In this document: positions 52,730-64,000 of the stretch, piece by piece
How the letters are laid out: every line of letters begins with the position of its first letter
How positions within the stretch are numbered: the first letter of the stretch is position 1
DNA from: Octopus sinensis
Taxonomy: Eukaryota
Direction of reading: 5' to 3'
NCBI RefSeq assembly: GCF_006345805.1
Contig: NC_043001.1
Coordinates: forward strand, 21,514,001 to 21,578,000
Length of the DNA stretch: 64,000 nt
Notes under the pieces: model-generated
Database searches by the model: none
Seen by the model: only the letters and a program-made list of their open reading frames with translations
What the model was told of the DNA's origin: nothing
Made by a program: the position numbers and the translations under genes

Positions 52730-53417
52730 GGCGGCGAGTTGGCGGAAACGTTAGCACGCCGGGCAAAATGCGTAGCCGTTTTTCGTCTGCCGTTACGTTC
52801 TGAGTTCAAATTCCGCCGAGGTCGACTTTGCCTTTCAGCCTTTCGGGGTCGATTAATAAGTACCAGTTACGCACTGGGGTCGATATAATCGACTTAATAC
52901 ATTGTCTGTCCTTGTTGTCCCCTCTGTGTTTAGCCCCTGTGGGTAGTAGAAATAGGTATTTCGTCTGCCGTTACGTCTGAGTTTCAAATTCCGCCGCGGT
53001 CGACTTTGCCTTCATCCTTTCGGGGTCGATAAATATAAGTACCAGTTACGCACTGGGGTCGATGTAATCGACTTAATCCATTGTCTGTCCTTGTTTGTCC
53101 CCTCTATGTTTAGCCCCTCGTGGGTAATAAAGAGAAAAAATTTGTTTAAGGCGGCGAGCTAGCAGAAACATTAGCACACCGGGCGAAATGCTTAGCAGTA
53201 TTTGGTTTGCCGCTACGTTCTGAGTTCAAATTCCGCCGAGGTTGACTTTGCCTTTCATCCTTTCGGGGTCGATTAAATAAGTACCAGTTACGCACTGGGG
53301 TTGCTATAATCGACTTAATCCGTTTATCTTCCTTGTTTGTCCTCTCTGTGTTTAGCCCCTTGTGGGTAGCAAAGAAATAGGTATTGCAAAATCTACTGTG
53401 TGCCAAAATTTGAAACC
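52730..53417 (+). mobile_element. SINE family A tandem (dimer 52730-53130 plus copy 53150-53417)
   Basis: tail|GGTATTTCGTC junction; the last copy ends with a parental 3' remnant. Confidence 0.85.
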
Positions 53418-54159
53418 ATTATATACAGTAATAAGTTATTTCCTGTATATCTTTATGTTTAACTTTACATCGCCACCACACATACACAGATATACTTATA
53501 TAAACGTAGCTATGTCTGTCTGCCTGTCTATCTGTCCGTTTGTCTGTCTGTCTGTCTGTCTGTCTGCTGTCTGTCTGTCTGTCTGTCTGTATGTATGTAT
53601 GTATGTATGTTTTCTGTATTGTAAATATTTTGGTGACTATAGGTAGTCACCAAATATATAGGGGGTTCCAAAAGGGGTCTCAGGAAGTAGCATCCCTGTC
53701 TTCCTGAGCTAGTTTTCCACCACATTTCTTAAAAATCCTGGTAGAGGCCTTGGTCTCGGGACCACTCATGTCTAGAAACTGAGGTTAGGGGTAAGCAAGG
53801 GCATGCTCTCTGTAGAAAATCCAGCTCCTAAAAAGCCTCATGATGATAGCAAAGGAGAATGGGCACCAGCCAGCCCAAAGGCTGGTGTGGGCTGCACATG
53901 CCTACCTCGGTTGCTATAGCATTGAGGTAGATCCGGCCACCCTCGTTGACGGGGACAAAACCTGGATTTAAAACATTGGATGATGATGATACATCCTAAT
54001 TTTCGATCTGCAGTTTTGGTTGTAGCTGAGGCATGTTAATGTTTGGTTTGAGAGGCTATATTTAAATATTCATGTGTATGGATGCCTCTTTTCTCCCATC
54101 TCGTTGTGTTAAATACGTTTCTCTTCTATGTCTTCCATTCATCCTTTCTGAGAGTGAAA

Positions 54160-54870
54160 ACGCCTGGCTTAGAGGTTAGGACATTCGGTTATGAAAAACG
54201 AGTTGTACCTGTCATTTAAAAAACCAGCCTTGTCACATTCTGTATCACGCTGTGTCCGCTGTGTCACGCTGGATATCTCCGCGTGAAGAGTACACATGCA
54301 CTTACACGTTAATTTCACGAGCAGGCTGCCCGCGTTAAGAGTACGCGTGCACTTGCACGTTAATTTCACGAGCAGGCTCTTCTGTTGATCGGATCATCTG
54401 GAACATTCGCCATTGTAACCGACGGAGTATCAGTTAACAATGGAAACGCCAGAGTGAATGATTGGTAACGATGCTTTCCACTTTTGGGGGTTAATGTTAC
54501 TTGTCTTCAAAGTAACCTTTAGCTGGTCTTTGAAATGGATCTTTTGTTCTCCAGCCAGGCATTGACTATGGTAAAGTTGAACGTCGAATACCCTACAGAG
54601 ACGATATGAGTGATACCATTGTGTTACATGTCCGAGCCATCTCTGTTGAAACTTGTATAATGTGGATAAACGTTGTTTGTGATGGTGTATCAGAGTTTCT
54701 GTGAACATAATCTTATTTTGTCATAACAGTGAAATCATACTGGTGGGAATACACTAAACAGTACAGAAGCCAGAACACAGCCCCGTCTGATTCCTGTTTT
54801 TACACTGAATAGCTCATTCTTCCAGTAGAACACTAGACCAGCACGTATGTGTGGAAGTGGATCGGGAGAT
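54160..54870. mobile_element. SINE family C 3' part (+, 54160-54430) and RTE fragments (-, 54440-54870)
   Basis: QQRWLGHV..HFKDQLKVTLK and VKTGIRRGCVLASVLF. Confidence 0.7.
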
Positions 54871-54990
54871 TTAGGAATTTGGCCGGGCAACTGTACGTTC
54901 TGAGAAGTTCCTTCAAAAGTCCTTGATAGATCCATAATTATAATGGACACGTCCTTGTGTTGCCTCCTTCATTTCTGCTAGAGATGTATG

Positions 54991-55022
<32 letters not shown>

Positions 55023-55102
55023 ACACACACACAATTTATACACATGCACACGCATTCACACCCACATATATACTTACATAAATACATTCATACATACATG
55101 GA

Positions 55103-55152
<50 letters not shown>

Positions 55153-55265
55153 AGTATGTATATATGTATGTATGTATGTATGTATGGATGGATGGATGGA
55201 TGGATGGATGGATGGATGGATGGATGGATGGATGGATGGATGGATACACACATACAAGCATATAG

Positions 55266-55333
55266 GGATGGCCATAAGTCGCTTTACCCATTTCTTTATT
55301 ATTAGAAATGAGTAAAGCGACTTATGGCCATCC
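55266..55333. repeat. Hairpin / minimal MITE (30-bp arms, 1 mismatch)
   Basis: GGATGGCCATAAGTCGCTTTACCCATTTCT-ttattatt-AGAAATGAGTAAAGCGACTTATGGCCATCC. Confidence 0.8.
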
Positions 55334-55573
55334 TTGTATAAATATAATTTGTCTAGGAAGCTAAATTTGGTTAATATTTTTTTATCTAGTACCATAGCTG
55401 AGGCCTCAAATATATAGAATTTTAACTTAGGTAAAATACTATGTCATGAAATCTCGAATAAAAAAATTGAACAATCAACTTAACTTGAACCTGAAAAAAA
55501 CAGACAGAAAAAAATTCAATCAACTCGGTATTTATATCTTTTTTAAATTATCTCTTTTTGTATCCATCTATAG

Positions 55574-55794
55574 CTGCTGACAGTTCGTGTGAAAACAGAA
55601 ACAGACAAGGCCCCTCTCTCGGTTACGGTGAAGCACACTTAAGTTCTGTTGAGAAGGTTAAACGAAACAGGACGACATTTTCATCCCGACAGTTACAAGA
55701 ACTTGAACGAGCCTTTAGAAAAACGCATTACCCTGATATTTTTATGAGGGAAAGACTGGCCATGAGAATCAAATTACCTGAATCACGGATACAG
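55574..55794 (+). CDS. Internal exon of a PRD-class (paired-like) homeobox gene, homeodomain residues 1-46
   Basis: Pyrimidine tract plus AG at 55572-55573, donor GTATGT at 55795; translation ..[48 protein letters not shown]; intron between codons 46 and 47 is typical of PRD-class genes. Family not assignable, residue 50 not visible. Confidence 0.93.
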
Positions 55795-56007
55795 GTATGT
55801 TTGGTTTGAATCATTTAATAAGTATTATTTTATAAGAGTTTATTTCAGGATGGCTCTGTCCAAAAACGACTCACAATATCGTTGTTTCAAGTCTCCCCCT
55901 TCATGTCTGTTTTGACTTTTATCTGTTTCAGCCATTGGGATGCAGCCATGCTGGGATCTTTACCTTTTGACCGACAGATTTAAAAAATGATTTTTTGTAA
56001 CTAAACA

Positions 56008-56724
56008 CTTTCAAACTTCAATTTCTGGTAGAATGTGTCACATAAAACATCTTTTACTCTTGGCGTTGTTGAGAAAATTCTGAATTTTGAAAGTTATTTT
56101 TTGTTGAAGTTGTCGTATTTCGGTAATTTCAACCAATCAATGACGTGTATTCAGTTGAATAAAATTACAGCCGTTGTTTGTCAACAACAACTTCCGGCGG
56201 CGTATATTTCGTTTGTCACTGTTATTTATGACATACTTCATCTCAGTTACGTTTGTATGAATAAACGAGTGTATCTGAAGCATATCTACTTCATGGCACC
56301 ACCATAATCGTTCGTGCTTCATTTTTCATTTTTTTTTTTCGTAACTCCAACCCTAAAACCCCAACCCTAACCCTAATCCTAAAACCTTAACCCTAACCCT
56401 AAAACCCTAGCCCTAACCCGAAAATCCTAACACTAATTCTAAAGCCCTAACCCTAACCCTAAAACCTTAAAGCTATAGCCAGTACAAACGCGAGAACGAT
56501 GTCATAAATAACAGTGACAAACGAAATATACACCGCCAATAGTTGTTGTTGACAAACAACGGCAGTAATTTTATTCAGCTGAATACACGTCATTGATTGG
56601 TTGAAATTACCGAAATACGACAACTTCAACAAAAAATAACTTCCAAAATACAGAATTTTCTCAACTCGCCAAGAGTAAAAAATGTTTGATGTGATACATT
56701 CAACAAGTATACGAAGTTTGAAAG
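56008..56724. mobile_element. Fold-back element with about 225-bp imperfect TIRs and central (CCCTAA)n-like array
   Basis: 56008-56233 versus 56500-56724 inverted; CCCTAA variants at 56345-56470; arms share sequence with MITEs 11389 and 23367. Confidence 0.85.
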
Positions 56725-56734
56725 AATACACGTC

Positions 56735-56904
56735 ACTGACTGCGGCCATGCTGGAGTCGAGCAAATCGACCCCAGGGCTTATTCTTTGTAAGCCTAGTAC
56801 TTATTCTATCGGTCTCTTTTGCCGAACCGCTAAGTTACGGGGACGTAAACACACCAGCATCGGTTGTCAAGCGATGTGGAGGGGGGACAAACACAGACGC
56901 ACAA

Positions 56905-56935
<31 letters not shown>

Positions 56936-57113
56936 CACATACATATCTACGACGGGCTTCTTTCAGTTACTGTCTACCAAATCCACTCACAAGGCTTTGG
57001 TCGGCCCTAGATTATAGTAGAAGACACTTGTCCAAGGTGCCAGGCAGTGGGACTGAACCCGGAACCCTGTGGTTGGTAAGCAAGCTACTTACCACACAGC
57101 CACTCCTGCGCCT
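56735..57113 (-). mobile_element. SINE family B
   Basis: Homology to other copies. Confidence 0.85.
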
Positions 57114-58138
57114 ACTTAGCCATACATACATATGTGTATATCTGTACAAGTATTTATGTATATATTCCTATAATTCCCTCCCTCATCTTAATTTTATATT
57201 CCACATAATAATGTCTTCAGAAATAATGAATACTTTCCTCATTTATATTGTTAGATAAAGAAAAGGTTATATTTTTTCTATGGTTCGACAATTGAGTAAC
57301 TATTGTATGAAGATTATAAAAGAACTTTAGAAACTGGTTATAGATTGAAGAATTCTTTTTTTCAGTAAAATGAAAGACTGAGGATATAAGGGAAATAACT
57401 CTTGCGTTCTATTTTTATGAACAAACTAAAAAAGTATTCTTGTGACAGTATGTATGTATTACATCTAGGAGATCATTGAAAACGTACGATAATTTGTTTT
57501 AATCTCCTTGGAAACTACTTGAGTATAATTTAAAGCAGTAGTTCTCTATCATTTCTTTTTCCTACGGACTCCTTTGATTCCTATTTTCCCTCTAGTGGAC
57601 CCTCATATACATTTGATGTTTTAATAAATCTCATATTTAGAATCAAATATTTTTAGGAACTGCAAAAACAAATTAAGATATTTCGTGTATTGTAAAAATA
57701 TAAGTAATTTATTACGTATAAATTTTAACAAAAACATCTTATATGGATCCTCAAGGGACATATGGATATCCTAGGCTCATATGTAACCCCGTTTTAAATC
57801 CACTAAGTTAGAGAAACAAGATCAAGAAATATTGTATTCCACACGCAAGTTCTGGATTAATAGAACTTACTGTACTCAAAGTTTATCTTATTCATTAAAA
57901 TACACATACTTACATACTTACATATACACTATACACATACTATACACATACATATACACTTACATATACACATACATACATACATACATACATACATACA
58001 TACATACATACATACATACATACATACATACATACATACATACACGCACACATAAATCTGAACTGGAGAAGGTAAAATCCAGGCTACATATGTTTCCTAG
58101 TTAGCAGATCCTCGGAAGTATATATATATATAATATAT

Positions 58139-58209
<71 letters not shown>

Positions 58210-58212
<3 letters not shown>

Positions 58213-58582
58213 TTGAAGTAGATAAATGAATTATCTTATTACGGATTATTCAAATGATAGCCGATACCTGGGTAGCAAAAATCACAACAGAAAAAGCACG
58301 GTTGAGGTTACGACCATGGGGTCTAAAATCCGTGCCTTAGTGCGGAAATTTGAAGTTTTATATATTTAGTGTAGGAAGAAATGGAGCTGAACGAAGACTT
58401 GTCAAAAAGCTTGCTGTGCATTTTGTTGGAGAATTAAGTTCCTGGATTTTCCTGAAGAGAAGGCTGCAAAATGGACTCCTTATCCAATCCGAATTAGGGA
58501 CTTTGCAGCCTTTGAAACATATGTAGAAAATAATAAAAAGGAATTTTGTTAAGTCTTCGTTCAGCTCCATTTCTTCCTACAC

Positions 58583-58591
<9 letters not shown>
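58210..58591. mobile_element. Two inverted PLE-like termini between (TA)n tracts
   Basis: 41-bp perfect IR at 58360-58400 / 58551-58591; homologous to 62420-62710. Confidence 0.75.
58447..58530 (+). ncRNA. Near-canonical type-I hammerhead ribozyme
   Basis: UUUUC-CUGAAGA-GAAGGCUGCAAA..UUUGCAGCCUUU-GAA-ACAUAUGU-A/GAAAA (12-bp stem II, first pair G-U). Confidence 0.82.
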
Positions 58592-58649
<58 letters not shown>

Positions 58650-58728
58650 TATATATATATGTAGGTCCCGGGTTGAGTCGGGGTTAACCACAGTAAATAA
58701 GGTACTCAATACATAGCAGAGTAACTTA

Positions 58729-58857
58729 ATTTATTTATTTTATAGAAGGAGCTTCTATAGGACTAGAGCTGTTTCATTCAAAAGAATCATCATGATGATT
58801 TCTTTTGAATGAAACAGTTCTAGTCCTGTAGAAGCTCCTTTTATAAAATAAATAAAT
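58729..58857. repeat. 129-bp spacerless palindrome
   Basis: Centre CA|TG at 58792/58793; 3 mismatches and 1 indel. Confidence 0.9.
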
Positions 58858-58860
58858 ATA

Positions 58861-58914
<54 letters not shown>

Positions 58915-58918
<4 letters not shown>

Positions 58919-59080
58919 GGAAGAATTCACAAAAAAAAGACAAAAGACAAAGACAGGTGGTGTAGACAACAAACAGATGTATTAGTTTAACGCTCGGGAA
59001 GTGGAAAAGTCTTTAACGTTTCGAGCCTACGCTCTTCCTCAGAAAGAAATAAGGAGAGAAAATAAAGAATGTGTAGTGGC
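58915..59080 (-). mobile_element. PLE-like terminus with canonical short hammerhead (59011-59046)
   Basis: CUUU-CUGAGGA-A-GAGC gtag GCUC-GAA-ACGU-U/AAAG. Confidence 0.75.
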
Positions 59081-59128
59081 TAGCGAACTTGGGAACAAGC
59101 ACAAGCAGAACGATACACACGCGCACAA

Positions 59129-59160
<32 letters not shown>

Positions 59161-59403
59161 ACACACACATACACACACACACACACACACACGCGCGCGC
59201 ACACAACAAATACGTATGCGTGCGTGTCTTTGTGTTTGTGTGACGGGCTTCTATGCAGTTTCCTTCTACCAAATTCACTCACAAGGCATTCGTCGGCTCT
59301 ATGCAATAGTAGAAGACGATTGCCCAAGGTACCACACAGTGACACTGAACCCGAAAGCACATGGCTACAAAGTGAATTTTATTACCACACAACCATGACT
59401 ACG

Positions 59404-59448
<45 letters not shown>

Positions 59449-59454
59449 TATATA

Positions 59455-59556
<102 letters not shown>

Positions 59557-60141
59557 TAAAAAAGCTTAAATATTTTTTAAAGCCGAAGCAAATCAAGTTA
59601 TATAAAAAAATTTAAACAGGTTGATTGTTAGTACTATTACCTAGTATTTCAATATTTCAAGGTTATATACATACATATGTACGTACATACATACATACAT
59701 ACATACATGTATGTATGTATGTATGTATATTTATATATATACATTCATACATACATACATACATACATACATACTTACATAAAGTATAGTGTAATTATAA
59801 CGTCTTTATCTATGTTGTAAATTCATTTTATGATATTGAGACCTGAAGAGTGGCTATGTATCGTTGGGTCAAAAAATATTAATTTTTTATTATCGATTTT
59901 AATATTTTAATATACATAGTCACGAAACGCGCGTCGTCGTATTTAATATGTATTTTTAATGTATATTATTTAGCATTGAAATGTTTAGCACGATATTGAT
60001 AATAACGTCGTTTTAATGTGTAGGAATTTTTTAGTACAACGTTAATAATAATAATATATTTAAATTTATATAATATCTTTCAGTATTAATTGAATTACTT
60101 TATGGAGGTTCTATCTCTCAATTCTATATATATATATATTA

Positions 60142-60260
60142 TATACCGTAAATATTCGAGCATAGTCCGCCCTCGAGTATAATACGCAGGGGAATTTTAG
60201 GGGCTGTACCTCTGAAAAACCTAAACCTTGTGTATAATACGCACCCCTTCTCTAATTGAG
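60142..60260 (+). mobile_element. pogo/Tigger-like terminal fragment
   Basis: TACCGTAAATATTCGAG..GAGTATAATACGCA with internal repeat. Confidence 0.5.
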
Positions 60261-61248
60261 TCAAGGAGGTCTATATAACGTCCTTGGTTTGTAAAAATGA
60301 ATACGGTGACCTCCTTCAGCATATGATATAACTTCAAGTTTAAACATAGCTGAATAAGATCTACGAGGCATTTTATGGGCATGTAATGTAAAAAAGTGTT
60401 TTATTGGAGATTAAAGTACAGGTTTAAGTCCTGCTTATAAAAAACTCTAGTAAATACCCACAGTAGTTCAAACATTTAATACTGGCATTTAATTAAGTAT
60501 CTATTGTTTGCCACGGTAATGATGCAAACTGCCAATACAAAAGGCAGGATGAACTATATAGCGCTAAACTATTAAGTACAATTCGTGCGTAATTAAGCCA
60601 GAAGCACCTAGTCGAACAAACACTTCCGCGCATGCGTAATACAATAATGGTGATGTTCTTAACTGTTATATGGGAATGTAAATATGTTTGCAAATTGTTT
60701 TTGTAACATCTTATTCTGTGTTCTGAATACTTTTATTTTAATAAATGTTGCTTACTGCAAGTTATGGATGATTCTTTTATGACTTCATTGCTTTCAGGCT
60801 TAGCTTAAGGTATTTTCGCGCCCGACATCACAAAATGCGTCTGAATAAACATTGCCGGACAGCAAATAGAGACTCGGACATTGCTTAGAAAATAATTTTC
60901 ATTTTTAACCCCGTATATAGTACGCACCAGGGATTTTGACGTTTTAAATTTTGGTGGGAAAATGCGGGTTATACTCGAGGATTTACTCTCACATGTAAAT
61001 ACATACATACATACATACATACATACATACATACATACATACATACATACATACATGTATGGCTCTGTCATTGATAACAATTTTGGCCCCAGCGACTATC
61101 CATTTTTGTTCATCAGAGACTACATTATCCAGTGTGTCTTTCCTTTTCTAAGGCTGTACTGTATGCAATTTGAAGGATATTTTACTATTATTACTAGTAG
61201 TTAGATCAACCGCTGGATCTTTCTTTTGTGAGGTGGTATGATACACAG

Positions 61249-61741
<493 letters not shown>

Positions 61742-61840
61742 AGTGGGAAAACAGATAAACAGGCCGAGAGCTAGAGAGATAATAATACCAAATATAAATA
61801 CTGTAAGAGAGTGTTTGTTTGTTTGTGTGTGTGTGTGTGT

Positions 61841-61901
<61 letters not shown>

Positions 61902-62375
61902 GTTAAAATTGACTTTAAGACTTGTAGTTAAAATTTGTAAGAAGCTTTGAATCAAGCGGTGAATGGCCGACAATTTGTTTTCTTTAACGACTATATTGGA
62001 CTGCCATTTTGATTCAGTTGAATTTCTCTCACCCCTCTACTCCATCCCACCGTGATCTTAGTCATAATCACTGAGTAATCGAAAGTGTATGAGACAGTCG
62101 TTTACGAGGTGAATGAATGTAAAACATATCAAACGCTATGAACCAAACTATAGTCATGCTGGTATACACATACATACATACATACATACATACGCATACG
62201 TGCACACACAGACGCAGGAGTGGCTGTGTGGTAAGTAGCTTGCTTTCCAACTACATGGTTCCGAGTTCAGTCCCACTGCGTGGCACCCTGGGCAAGTGTC
62301 TTCTACTATAGCCTCGGGCCGAACAAAGCCTTGTGAGTGGATTTGGTAGGCGGAAACTGAAAGAAGCCCGTCGTA

Positions 62376-62419
<44 letters not shown>

Positions 62420-62630
62420 GTGAAATAGAAAGATGAATAATCTTGTAGTAGATTAATCAAAAGTTTAACCGATACCTTAGTAGCAAAAATCACAGCAGTA
62501 AACAGCACGGTTGGAGGTACAACCATCTGGCGTGCAACCGTGCGTTGGTGCGGATAATTGAAATTAAAACATTATTGGTGAATTGAAGAATGGAGCTGAA
62601 CGCAGATTGAACAGAAATCGTTTTATTTCA

Positions 62631-62709
62631 TTCTACACGTGTTTCGAAAGGCACAAATTACCAAAATCCGATTGAATATGGGACCATATTGTGTCTTTCT
62701 CTTCAGGAA
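62631..62709 (-). ncRNA. Canonical type-I hammerhead ribozyme
   Basis: UUC-CUGAAGA-GAAAG.CACAA..UUGUG.CUUUC-GAA-ACACGUGU-A/GAA. Confidence 0.8.
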
Positions 62710-62859
62710 GAAAAAAGAATCCGTTGGAAACACAAAAACAGAACAGAGGCGGAGCAAAAAACAAATCGAACTGTGCTCCTAAGAGCCCATGGCGAAACTG
62801 CGGTAGAAGCTTTGGCTGTTATTTCTAGTGGGTGAATGGCCTATTATGGCCGTTCCTTA

Positions 62860-62894
<35 letters not shown>

Positions 62895-62910
62895 GTTTCT
62901 TTCTGTGTTC

Positions 62911-62946
62911 CTTTCTGTAGAAAAGCGTAGGCTCGAAACGTTAAAG
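62911..62946 (+). ncRNA. Short hammerhead-like motif (CUGUAGA variant)
   Basis: CUUU-CUGUAGA-A-AAGC gtag GCUC-GAA-ACGU-U/AAAG. Confidence 0.55.
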
Positions 62947-63035
62947 ACTTTTTCAATTCCCGAGCGTTATACTGATACATCTGTTTGTTTTCTACACCAC
63001 CTGTCTTCGCCATTTTTTTTTTCGTGAATCCTCCC

Positions 63036-63094
<59 letters not shown>

Positions 63095-63166
63095 TTGTGT
63101 GTCTCTGTTTGTCCCCCTAAAATCGCTTGACAACCGATGCTGGTGTGTTTACGTCCCCGTAACTTG

Positions 63167-63340
63167 GATTGAACCGAACCATAACTAATCTGCACATCCT
63201 CTGATAACTCACGGATGGTGATTCGACGATTTTCCCTCACATCTGCACGCACATCTGCGATATTTTTCTCAGTTTTGCTGGTTGCGGGTTGCTTCTTTCA
63301 TAAAAGATAATGCCAGATCAGTCTCTAGTAATGGTGCCAG
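63167..63340 (-). mobile_element. Mariner transposase HTH fragment
   Basis: ADVRENRRITIRELSEDVQISYGSVQ. Confidence 0.75.
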
Positions 63341-63399
63341 TGATGTCGATGAGTAAGAACTCAATACATCTCAACAACAGATGTTAGGCTTAATGTGGA

Positions 63400-63787
63400 T
63401 GGAAGCACTCCGTCGGTTACGACGACGAGGGTTCCGGTTGATCCGAATCAACGGAACAGCCTGCTCGTGAAATTAACATGTAAGTGGCTGAGCACTCCAC
63501 AGACACGTGTACCCTTGACGTAGTCTCGGGGATATTCAGCGTGACACAGAGAGTGACAAGACCGGCCCTTTGAAATACAGGTACAACAGAAACTGGAAGT
63601 AAGAGTGAGAGAAAGTTGTGGTGAAAGAGTACAGCAGGGATCACCACCATCCCCTGCCGGAGCCTCGTGGAACTTTTAGGTGTTTTCGCTCAATAAACAC
63701 TCACAACGCCCGGTCTGGGAATCGAAACCGCGATCCTATGACCGCGAGTCCGCTGCCCTAACCACTGGGCCATTGCGCCTCCACATT
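63400..63787 (-). mobile_element. SINE family C, full length
   Basis: A-box TGGCCCAGTGG, B-box GGTTTCGATTCCC, 3' region shared with 26351 and 54160 copies. Confidence 0.8.
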
Positions 63788-64000
63788 AGGCTTAATATGT
63801 CAAATGTAAAACGATTCTGTGAAATTCTCAGAGTTGTTATGCCTGATTTTTTGTTGGACTCAACAGAAGCAAGAAATCGCAGACAAAGACCACATTATTT
63901 GTGCACTGGGTGTCATAGATATACTTAAGACTTCATATTTGTGTAAACTACATACTTATCACTTGTTTAGTTTGTATCAGAAATGGATTAAAACCTGAAT

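Larger units (their letters stand above)
62213..63165 (+). mobile_element. SINE family B expanded by PLE-like inserts in its internal microsatellite
   Basis: Head 62213-62380, tail about 63090-63165; inserts 62420-62860 and 62890-63035. Confidence 0.78.

Noticed and set aside
55574-55794. Assigning otp, arx/al, rx or hbn as gene symbol
   Set aside because: Similarity is about equal and low to all of them; a phylogeny is needed.
56345-56470. Telomere
   Set aside because: Short degenerate CCCTAA array inside a transposon-derived element, with ordinary flanks.
60790-60815. Micro-exon TTTCAG|GCTTAGCTTAAG|GTATTT as the next homeobox exon
   Set aside because: In phase 0 it reads GCT TAG (stop) and lacks VWFQNRR.
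63730-63787. Functional tRNA genes at SINE heads
   Set aside because: tRNA-like A/B boxes continue into SINE bodies; no complete cloverleaf identified.

Overview
AT-rich, microsatellite-dense eukaryotic DNA, most likely an octopus genome (inferred from the tRNA-derived SINE types and the (TA)n/(TACA)n/(GATA)n load). One host coding exon is clear: a PRD-class homeobox exon (55574-55794, +) with the diagnostic intron between homeodomain codons 46/47. Its other exons were not found. The rest is mostly mobile DNA: three tRNA-SINE families, Tx1/L1, RTE, CR1, R4/Dong and Penelope-like (PLE) remnants, mariner/hAT/pogo/Helitron-like fragments, and MITEs with telomere-like CCCTAA arrays. Main findings: (1) about 15 type-I hammerhead ribozyme motifs from several families, several fully canonical, nearly all with their 3' end running into a TA tract, including a 293-nt tandem pair resembling a retrozyme/circRNA unit; (2) a Tx1 LINE 3' end found in (TCTA)n/(TCTG)n microsatellites and shared with a SINE subfamily that makes 12-16 bp TSDs and forms self-arrays; (3) apparent partitioning of microsatellite motifs among retroelement clades; (4) many long near-perfect palindromes next to (TA)n, which may be real fold-back products or assembly artefacts. 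All alignments and folds were done by eye, and some element boundaries are approximate.
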